22,880 nucleotides of DNA from Deinococcales bacterium. Lineage in GTDB: Bacteria; Deinococcota; Deinococci; Deinococcales; JAAFIG01. The first letter of the stretch is position 1. Every line of letters begins with the position of its first letter. Positions 7,980 through 15,360 of the stretch are shown here, in pieces. The notes under the pieces are model-generated. The model had not been told where the DNA came from, made no database searches, and was given only the letters and a program-made list of their open reading frames with translations. The translations under genes and the position numbers were made by a program. The DNA is taken from assembly GCA_031414595.1 (NCBI GenBank), contig JANNVX010000111.1, positions 1-22,880 of the forward strand, read 5' to 3'.

Positions 7980-9209
7980 ATGGCGCAGACTTCTCGAATT
8001 GAAATCATAGATACCACCTTTAGGGATGGTCAACAATCACCGCTTTTATTTGACACCCTTAAATACCGTTTTTCACTCGAGGAAAAAAAATTGTTACTGG
8101 CGGGTTTAATAGAACTTGGTGTGACCCATCTCGAGTTTTTTTCGCCAGTTGTCGGTAAAGCCGAACAAGATGATGTGGCGGCGCTGATAAGCTATGCTAA
8201 GACCCTGACCGATAAACCCCTGATGTTTTTAGGGCATTGTCGGTGTCACACAACCGATATTGAACGGGCTTTAGCGGTGGGCTGTAACGGCTTAAATTTG
8301 TATTTAGGAGTCTCGAGCCTTGCCCAAGCCCACAATGCCCAAAAGTCGCTCGAGGAAGCAATTGAGTTATCTTCTGGTGTGGCAAGACAAGTGCGTCAGC
8401 AGTACCCAGCGTTGTATATGCGTTTTAGTGCCGAAGATGCTTTTAGAACCAACAGGCAAGACTTGTGGCAGCTTTACGATGCCATGTATCCGTTTGTGAA
8501 TACCTTTGGCATTCCCGATACTGTGGGGCTTGCAGAGCCAAGCGACGTGACCCAAGTCGTGACCGAGTTGCGCCAAAAATACCCCAATGTAGACCTCGAG
8601 TGTCATTTTCACAATGACCGTGGTTTAGCAATAGCCAATGTTCTGGCGGCGGTTAGTGCTGGTGTGCGTTATGTGGATGCTTCGATTTGGGGACTTGCTG
8701 AGCGCTCTGGGATTCCGTCGGTCACGGGGGTGCTTTTTAATTTAAGTAAAGGACATCCCGAGCTTTATCAGCAATACAATCTTTCGCAGTGTTACCCGCT
8801 TAATGTCTTGATGGCTTCGATTCTAAACACCCTCGTGCCGTACTCCGAACCCGTCTCTTTGACCAACCGTACCCACACCGCAGGAGTACATCAAAAAGCT
8901 GTACTGAACGAGAAAAAAGTATATGAGGCGCATAACCTACACGATTTTGGGGTGGATAAAAATCAGTTGCTTTTGGGTCCACTGTCGGGTTTTAACCTGA
9001 TTTATTATTACCTCAAAGAAGTCGAAAATTACGCGATTACTAGAGAGCAAGCCAAGCGCATCACCGAAGAATTCAAGAACCAAACCCATGAAATCGGACG
9101 TGGACGTAAACCCGAGGATTTACTGATTAAACTGGTCAGTCAGTACGATATTCCAAAGAATGAATTGCCTGTTGGAGTTGAAGAAACCCGTCTCGAGAAT
9201 TTGGATTAA
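7980..9209 (+). CDS. Homocitrate/2-isopropylmalate synthase family (DRE-TIM) enzyme
   Basis: DTTFRDGQQ, FSAEDAFR, PDTVG, HFHNDRG, GLAERSGI, HTAGVHQKAV; lacks the LeuA C-terminal regulatory domain. Confidence 0.85.
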   Translation: MAQTSRIEIIDTTFRDGQQSPLLFDTLKYRFSLEEKKLLLAGLIELGVTHLEFFSPVVGKAEQDDVAALISYAKTLTDKPLMFLGHCRCHTTDIERALAVGCNGLNLYLGVSSLAQAHNAQKSLEEAIELSSGVARQVRQQYPALYMRFSAEDAFRTNRQDLWQLYDAMYPFVNTFGIPDTVGLAEPSDVTQVVTELRQKYPNVDLECHFHNDRGLAIANVLAAVSAGVRYVDASIWGLAERSGIPSVTGVLFNLSKGHPELYQQYNLSQCYPLNVLMASILNTLVPYSEPVSLTNRTHTAGVHQKAVLNEKKVYEAHNLHDFGVDKNQLLLGPLSGFNLIYYYLKEVENYAITREQAKRITEEFKNQTHEIGRGRKPEDLLIKLVSQYDIPKNELPVGVEETRLENLD

Positions 9210-9280
9210 GGGAAAGCAGTATCACGCACGTTTTGAAATAACCATTTAGTTTTGCAGTCAAAACATGAAAAATGCGTCAG

Positions 9281-9308
9281 GTAGGGGCGAACCCCCGTGT
9301 TCGCCCTG
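9281..9308 (+). repeat. GTAG-family REP element
   Basis: GTAG-GGGCGAAC-CCCCGT-GTTCGCCC-TG; near-identical copy at 22849-22876. Confidence 0.85.
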
Positions 9309-9668
9309 TTTTTTCATTTACTCACTCCCGCCGCTTTTCATATTTTGCTGTCGCTGGCAGAAAATGAACAACATGGGTATGGGATTATTAAAACTGTTCT
9401 CGAGCGCTCAGGCGGCGAAGTCAACCTTGGGGCTGGCACACTGTATGGCAACCTTAAACGCTTTATTGACCTTGCTTGGATTGAGGAACTTGAGGCTCGA
9501 CCAGCCAAAGATTTGGACGATGAACGGCGCAGGTATTACCGTCTGACTAAACACGGGTTACGGATTGCTGAACTCGAGGCAGAGCGCTTAGAAAGCCTTG
9601 TGCGTTACGCTCGAGCCGCTAGATTATTACCAAATCTAAGAATCAGCACCAAACGGGAGGTTGCATGA
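9297..9668 (+). CDS. PadR-family transcriptional regulator (start uncertain)
   Basis: LTPAAFHILLSL, HGYGI, GAGTLYGNLKR, RRRYYRLT. The only in-frame start ahead of the domain is a GTG inside the REP. Confidence 0.9.
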   Translation: MFALFFHLLTPAAFHILLSLAENEQHGYGIIKTVLERSGGEVNLGAGTLYGNLKRFIDLAWIEELEARPAKDLDDERRRYYRLTKHGLRIAELEAERLESLVRYARAARLLPNLRISTKREVA

Positions 9669-10477
9669 AACTCGAGACTTGGATGTACAAACAAACCCTA
9701 GAATTGTACCCAAGGGTTTACCGTGAACAATTTGGTGAACCAATGCTCGAGACTTACACCGATGCACTAAAATCCGCCAAACTCGAGGGGAAAACATTTG
9801 GGTTTCATTGGAATACTTTTTGGGACATCATCAAAAGCATTTCTCGAGCCACAATGGATGTCAAGAATGCTAACCTACTGGCTCGAATTACGGCTGTACT
9901 GGGTTTGATGTTGCTCATTTTACTGCTTGTTGGTTTAATGCAAGTTCCACTTTTTCCGATTGTTGGGAAATATGTGTCACCAGTGGTGGCTTTGCTGTTT
10001 GTTATTGGTTTAACTTTTTTTGCCAATTGTTTTTATGAAATGCGACACAAATGGATTCTGCCACTCATGATGATATTATCAGTGCTAGTTTTGTTCATTC
10101 AATTTTGTTTTGAACTGTTTTACCCTTCCCAAATTGGTGTTTTGCATAATCCACAATTGAATCCATATGCAAATACCACATTTCTGGTATTTGCATATAT
10201 TTCCAAAATTCTTGGCGCATTGGTGCTGGTTTTGATTGTTGGCTCAATTGCCCTTGAAGCAGTTGAGAAGCGTAGAGTTTTACCAATAAATCGTTTCACA
10301 TTGAGTTATATCGCGTTTACTTTTGGGATAAATGCGGTTGCTCCACAAGGTCCAGATTTTATACTGAAGATTTTGAGTGCTGTTTACTTTATTGTTTGGT
10401 TTGCGGTGATGATTTTTATTTGCTTACGCTTATGGCAACAGCCTCGCGCTGCACCTCGAATGATTAAAACTTCGTAA
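9665..10477 (+). CDS. Multi-pass membrane protein with the N-terminal motif typical of PadR-associated genes
   Basis: ATGA overlap with pad[23 protein letters not shown] motif followed by about 6 hydrophobic segments. Confidence 0.8.
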   Translation: MKLETWMYKQTLELYPRVYREQFGEPMLETYTDALKSAKLEGKTFGFHWNTFWDIIKSISRATMDVKNANLLARITAVLGLMLLILLLVGLMQVPLFPIVGKYVSPVVALLFVIGLTFFANCFYEMRHKWILPLMMILSVLVLFIQFCFELFYPSQIGVLHNPQLNPYANTTFLVFAYISKILGALVLVLIVGSIALEAVEKRRVLPINRFTLSYIAFTFGINAVAPQGPDFILKILSAVYFIVWFAVMIFICLRLWQQPRAAPRMIKTS

Positions 10478-10521
10478 ATCCCATAACTCGAGCCAAATTT
10501 CACGGTATCATCCCAAGTCTT

Positions 10522-10653
10522 GTGGAAGGTCTTTTTATTGCTTCACAACTGGGGGAAATCTGTGCGCGGCTTCCAGCCCGTAACCTCGGTTGGGTATTTC
10601 CGAATGAAACCACTGCCGCGCTACTGCTCGAGGATTCAAACCATAAAGCGTAA
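10522..10653 (+). pseudogene. 5' fragment of an NFACT/Rqc2 (RqcH, FbpA-like) gene
   Basis: GTG-started 43-codon [46 protein letters not shown] matches my recollection of the Deinococcus NFACT N-terminus (MEGL..A..L..L...[19 protein letters not shown]). A -10-like TATCAT lies at 10506-10511. Below the ORF-track size cut-off. Confidence 0.7.
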
Positions 10654-10674
10654 AATCTGCTGCTCGAGGCAGGT

Positions 10675-11268
10675 TTACCTGAGTTTTGACAACGCCTTAC
10701 GAATTAAGCCCTCGGCGGTGTCATCCACTCCACTCTCGAGCAAATTTGCCACCACCGTTCGCACTTGGGCATCGCGGTAGCCCAAGGAAATCAGGGCTTC
10801 AACCGCATCCCTAAACGCCTCATTTTCTGATGGGGCTGGTCGCGGTGTGCCTTTGCCTACAGCTAAATGGGCTGGGAGTTTAGAACTTAGCTCGAGAATT
10901 AGGCGCTCGGCGGTTTTTTTACCTACGCCGCTTACACTGGCAAGTAATTTGGCATCTTCTTTCATGATTGCACTGGCAAGCACATTTGGGTTATAGGTCG
11001 AAAGTGCAGCCAAAGCAATTCTGGGACCAACGCCCGAAACCGTCATCAGGAGCTTAAAAATTTCCAGTGCATCGGCTTCATGGAAACCGTATAAACTCCA
11101 ACCATCCTCGCGGACGATTAGACTGGTCTCGAGGCGCACGGGTTGTCCGACTTTACAGCGTTCTAAACTGGGTCTGGGACAGGAAATCTCGAGTCCAAAA
11201 CCGCCAATGGCGATAATCGCACTGGAGTCTTTGACAGCAACCACCAAACCTTCTACAAAAGCAATCAT
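10675..11268 (-). CDS. ruvA: Holliday junction branch migration protein RuvA
   Basis: MIAFVEG, VREDGWSLYGF, VSGVGPRIALA, GVGKKTAERLILEL, ALISLGY, IRKAL. Confidence 0.98.
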   Translation of the reverse strand: MIAFVEGLVVAVKDSSAIIAIGGFGLEISCPRPSLERCKVGQPVRLETSLIVREDGWSLYGFHEADALEIFKLLMTVSGVGPRIALAALSTYNPNVLASAIMKEDAKLLASVSGVGKKTAERLILELSSKLPAHLAVGKGTPRPAPSENEAFRDAVEALISLGYRDAQVRTVVANLLESGVDDTAEGLIRKALSKLR

Positions 11269-11401
11269 TGCCTTGTATTGTAAAAGAAATTGTACTCGAG
11301 AAACGAGTTTGCTTTTTTAGGTTCAGGTTTTTCGTGAGGGAAAGAATTTATTGGGTTTTTTGTAGGTTTTGACCAGTTTGGCAGTAGAATTTGCGGACGA
11401 C

Positions 11402-11431
11402 TTGACAGCATTTATGTTATTAACGTATTCT
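11402..11431 (+). promoter_or_regulatory. Sigma-70-type promoter of the SWIM-AAA-VWA operon
   Basis: TTGACA (11402-11407), 18-nt spacer, TATTCT (11426-11431), 40 nt upstream of the GTG start. Confidence 0.7.
11412..11428. promoter_or_regulatory. RDRM (radiation/desiccation response motif; DdrO operator)
   Basis: 17-mer TTATGTTATTAACGTAT fits the quasi-palindromic TT(A/C)(T/C)G-N7-C(A/G)(T/G)AA motif with one terminal mismatch, and overlaps the spacer and -10. Confidence 0.8.
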
Positions 11432-11471
11432 TTTTGGCAGCCCTACAGCCAGACACCACAAAGGAAAATTC

Positions 11472-12782
11472 GTGACTCAACTGACCAGTACACAAATCCT
11501 GTCCTTAGCCCCCGATACCTCGAGTGCCAGCAGTGGTAAAGCGCTAAGCAACCCCAGCAAATGGAAAACCCTAGGCTCGAGCGATATGGCTATTTGGGGA
11601 GAATGCCAAGGCAGTGGCAAAGACCCCTACCGCACAGGGGTGGATTTATCCGATTACACCGCCAAATGCTCCTGTCCAAGCCGAAAATTTCCTTGTAAGC
11701 ATGGAATAGGTTTGATGCTGATTCACGCGAGTAAAACACTCGAGACAGCCACACCACCAGATTGGCTAAGCACATGGCTCGAGGGCAGACAAAAACGCGC
11801 CGAAGCCAAAACTGCCCCGCCCAAAGAACAAAGTTTAGAAGAAACCAAAAAGTCCGAAAAAGCCGCTATCAAGCGCTTGGAAGCTCGAGAAAAGAAAGTC
11901 GAACTTGGACTTGAAGAATTTGGCTTATGGTTGTCTGACCAAATCAAAAATGGAATTGCCAACGCCCCAAGCCAGCCTTACAGCTATTGGGAAACCGTGG
12001 CAGCACGGCTGATAGATGCCCAAGCCCCCGGACTCGCCCGAATGGTACGCGAATTGCCCACGGCTGCCTCGAGCGGCACAAATGCTTTACTCGAGGCACT
12101 GGCACGGCTGCATCTGATTGTCAGCGCTTACTCGAGACTCGAAACCTTATCGGCAAGTACCCAAGCCGATGTTCGCGCCGCCGTTGGCTTCACCCAAGAC
12201 AAAGCCGAATTGATGCAAAAAACTGTGCCTCGCAACAAATGGCAAAGTTTAGGGCAGATTATTGTCCAAGAAGATAATTTGCGGGTACGGCGAACTTACC
12301 TCGAGAACTTAGAAAACAAAGAATATGCCTTGCTGCTCGATTTTGCGGTGGGCAACCAACCGATGACTGGCGGTCTGCCGATAGGTGTGAATTTAGAAAC
12401 CGAACTGATTTACTACCCAAGTCACTTGCCCCTACGCGCCATTCTCAAAGACCCGCAAATTCTCGAGCCAGCCCAAACCCTGCGCGGTATCACCATCAAC
12501 CAAGCGCTTGAACAGTACACCAATGCCCTAAGTAAACTCCCGTGGCTCGAGCGATACCCAGTCACCCTAAGCAATGTTCAAGTGGTGACAGACGGTACGG
12601 TTTGGTACATTCAAGATGAGCATCACAGCCTAGCGATACAAACCCAAGACCACTGGCAGATGATGGCGTTAAGTGGCGGACATCCTGTACAAGTTTTTGG
12701 TGAGTATAACGGCACACACCTTGTTCCTTTAAGTATCGAAGTACAAAACACTATTTTTATGCTTGGAGGTAGCCATGAATGA
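11472..12782 (+). CDS. SWIM zinc-finger protein (DdrT/YehQ-like)
   Basis: WGECQGSGKDPY, CSCPSRKFPCKH (CxC...CxH), ARLIDAQAPGLA; SD AAGGA. Confidence 0.92.
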   Translation: MTQLTSTQILSLAPDTSSASSGKALSNPSKWKTLGSSDMAIWGECQGSGKDPYRTGVDLSDYTAKCSCPSRKFPCKHGIGLMLIHASKTLETATPPDWLSTWLEGRQKRAEAKTAPPKEQSLEETKKSEKAAIKRLEAREKKVELGLEEFGLWLSDQIKNGIANAPSQPYSYWETVAARLIDAQAPGLARMVRELPTAASSGTNALLEALARLHLIVSAYSRLETLSASTQADVRAAVGFTQDKAELMQKTVPRNKWQSLGQIIVQEDNLRVRRTYLENLENKEYALLLDFAVGNQPMTGGLPIGVNLETELIYYPSHLPLRAILKDPQILEPAQTLRGITINQALEQYTNALSKLPWLERYPVTLSNVQVVTDGTVWYIQDEHHSLAIQTQDHWQMMALSGGHPVQVFGEYNGTHLVPLSIEVQNTIFMLGGSHE

Positions 12783-14286
12783 CCTTCGCGCTCTAACTTC
12801 GAGTGCGCTTTTAGGCACGGAGCGCAGCCCGCTTGGGATACTCGAGAACCCGCACCTCGAAGAAGCCCGCCAATCGCTCGAGCCACACGGACAAGCCAAG
12901 CAGTTGCTCGGAACGGCAATATTGGCGTTTAACCTGACTCGAGCAGGAGCGCAAGCCAGTGGCAAAATACCAAGTCTTGCACCAGCCGCAGCAGATACTC
13001 GCCCGATTATTCCAGAAGCCGCCCAAGAGCGACTGCAACAACTTTTTGCTCAGCAAGCAGACTTGATTCCAGAGTGGCTCGAGCTTGCCAACCAAGCAGG
13101 GTTTCGTATGCCGCACAAAGATTTAATTGCCCTGCTCGAGTACGGGCGGCAACACACTGACCAACGCCAAAAAATCCTGCCTTTGCTTGACTCGAGGGGA
13201 CGTTGGTTAGCCCAGCAAAATCCGCAGTGGGCATGGGCAACGGGCGACACCAGCAGTTTAGAAACCGCGCTCGAGACTTGGGAAACGGGTTCAAAAGCGG
13301 CTCGGGTTTTGGCATTGCAAAGTATTCGCCAAGACAACCCCGACCAAGCCCGAACCTTACTCGAGAGCGTCTGGAAGAGCGAACCCGCCGATGAACGCAA
13401 AAGTTTCTTAATCCAACTACAAATTGGACTCTCTGAAGCTGATGAACCCTTTCTCGAGTCATGCCTAGATGACCGCAGCAAAGAAGTCCGTTCATTCGCC
13501 GCATTAACACTCTCTCGATTAAAAAGTAGTGCCTATAATTTGCGAATGGCAAATCGAGCCAAACAATTGCTCCAGAATGGCAAAAAAGGAATAGAAATTG
13601 TGTTACCTGAATGGACGAATGATTTATCTCGAGATGGAATCGAAAAAACCCCACCACATGGTATTGGCGAAAAAACCCATTGGTGGCAAAGCATCATAGG
13701 TCGTGCGCCAATTGAAATATGGTACTCACATTTACAATTGACTGCACTGGAAATCCTAAAACAAATACCAAAAATGTGGCGAAAGAATTTTATAGATTCA
13801 ATTCTATTATTTGGATTAAACGGTTACTGGGCAAATGCTCTACTTGAATACGACGCAAAAATGATTTCTGAAAACTCAGTGATGGCTACCCTGCCAATCG
13901 ATTCAAGGCAAAAATACATCCAAAAACATATTTTTTCAAAACCATTGCAAGAACAAATATATTGGACACATTGGATGTCAGACCCTTGGGACTTAAGTTT
14001 TAGTCAATCTGCACTTGAATGGATTTTATCTTCTGGAAAGCAAGTGCTGACAAGTAAGAAAAAACATTTTGGCAGCTCGTTTCATGATTTTAAGGTAAGG
14101 ATTCACCTGCAAGCGTTCCAACAATGGAAGCTAAAACCAGAGACACTTTCATTAGTCAAGCAATTGGAACAAGTTATTGCACAAGATAAGTATTCATATT
14201 CAGTCAAAGATTTTTACGAATACCTTCAAGACTTAATTACGACCCTCGAGACCCGCGCTGCAATGCGAAAGGAATTACAACCATGA
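12775..14286 (+). CDS. DUF5691-type helical-repeat protein (DdrU-like)
   Basis: ALLGTER, RGRWLAQQNPQWAWA, DEPFLESCLDDRSKEVR. Start taken as ATG 12775 after SD GGAGG, overlapping the SWIM stop. Confidence 0.82.
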   Translation: MNDLRALTSSALLGTERSPLGILENPHLEEARQSLEPHGQAKQLLGTAILAFNLTRAGAQASGKIPSLAPAAADTRPIIPEAAQERLQQLFAQQADLIPEWLELANQAGFRMPHKDLIALLEYGRQHTDQRQKILPLLDSRGRWLAQQNPQWAWATGDTSSLETALETWETGSKAARVLALQSIRQDNPDQARTLLESVWKSEPADERKSFLIQLQIGLSEADEPFLESCLDDRSKEVRSFAALTLSRLKSSAYNLRMANRAKQLLQNGKKGIEIVLPEWTNDLSRDGIEKTPPHGIGEKTHWWQSIIGRAPIEIWYSHLQLTALEILKQIPKMWRKNFIDSILLFGLNGYWANALLEYDAKMISENSVMATLPIDSRQKYIQKHIFSKPLQEQIYWTHWMSDPWDLSFSQSALEWILSSGKQVLTSKKKHFGSSFHDFKVRIHLQAFQQWKLKPETLSLVKQLEQVIAQDKYSYSVKDFYEYLQDLITTLETRAAMRKELQP

Positions 14287-15359
14287 GCCAAGAACTCCGC
14301 CAACACGCCGAACAAGAATTCGCTGTCGAACTCGAGGCTCTGAAAAAAGCCGATGATAAACCAAGACCGCCAAACTGGAAACTCAGCCCTTGGGCGGTGA
14401 TTCAATACCTGATGGGCGGTAAGGTCGGCAAACTCGAGATTAAGCCCAAATATATTGGCAATCAGCGCTTAATGGAAATTGCTGTTGCTACGCTTGCCAC
14501 TGACCGCGCTTTGTTGCTTTTGGGTGTTCCCGGCACTGCCAAAAGTTGGGTCTCGGAGCATTTGGCGGCAGCGATTAGCGGCGACAGCACATTACTCGTT
14601 CAAGGCACAGCCGGAACATCGGAGGAAGCGATTCGCTACGGCTGGAATTACGCTGAGCTTCTATCTAAAGGACCCAGCATCAAAGCGATTGTCGAAAGCC
14701 CGATTATTCGTGCCATGAAAACAGGGGCAATTGCACGGCTCGAGGAACTGACCCGCATTCCATCCGATGTGCAGGACGCACTGATAACGGTGTTGTCCGA
14801 AAAAACATTGCCCATCCCCGAACTAAACAGCGAAGTCCAAGCCCAAAAAGGCTTTAACATGATTGCCACCGCCAATAACAAAGACCGAGGGGTCAATGAA
14901 CTCTCGAGCGCCTTGAAGCGCCGTTTTAATACGGTTATTCTGCCTGTGCCAGACAATATGGACGAAGAAATTCGGATTGTCCAAACCCGAGTCGCTGACC
15001 TTGGACGCGCCCTCGAGATACCCGCCCAAGCCCCAGCGCTCGAGGAAATTAGGCGTGTGGTGCGGGTTTTTAGGGAACTGCGCGAGGGTAAAACACTGGA
15101 CGGCAAAACCAAGCTGAAAAGTCCAAGTGGCAGTTTAAGCACTGCCGAAGCAATCGGGGTGATTAACCAAGGGCTGTCTTTGGCAGCCCATTTTGGGGAT
15201 GGGGTGTTGCGGGCAAATGATGTTGCCTCGAGTTTGATTGGCGCAATTATCAAAGACCCGATTCAAGACCGTGTGGTGATGCTTGAGTACCTCGAGACCG
15301 TGGTCAAAGAACGTGATGGCTGGAAAGATGTCTACCGTGCTTGCCGTGACGTGGTGTGA
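14283..15359 (+). CDS. MoxR-clade AAA+ ATPase, YehL type (DdrV-like)
   Basis: LRQHAEQEF, Walker A GVPGTAKS, Walker B RLEE, ATANNKDRGVNELSSALKRRF; ATGA-coupled to the upstream gene. Confidence 0.93.
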   Translation: MSQELRQHAEQEFAVELEALKKADDKPRPPNWKLSPWAVIQYLMGGKVGKLEIKPKYIGNQRLMEIAVATLATDRALLLLGVPGTAKSWVSEHLAAAISGDSTLLVQGTAGTSEEAIRYGWNYAELLSKGPSIKAIVESPIIRAMKTGAIARLEELTRIPSDVQDALITVLSEKTLPIPELNSEVQAQKGFNMIATANNKDRGVNELSSALKRRFNTVILPVPDNMDEEIRIVQTRVADLGRALEIPAQAPALEEIRRVVRVFRELREGKTLDGKTKLKSPSGSLSTAEAIGVINQGLSLAAHFGDGVLRANDVASSLIGAIIKDPIQDRVVMLEYLETVVKERDGWKDVYRACRDVV

Positions 15360-15360
15360 A

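Noticed and set aside
7149-8075. CTCGAG-free stretch over rplY as a sign of foreign origin
   Set aside because: rplY is a core gene; codon selection in a highly expressed gene or chance is a simpler explanation, and several gaps of about 600 bp are expected at this density.
10520-10780. 86-aa ORF from the track
   Set aside because: No motifs and it overlaps ruvA; the meaningful frame here is the 43-codon NFACT-like fragment starting at 10522.
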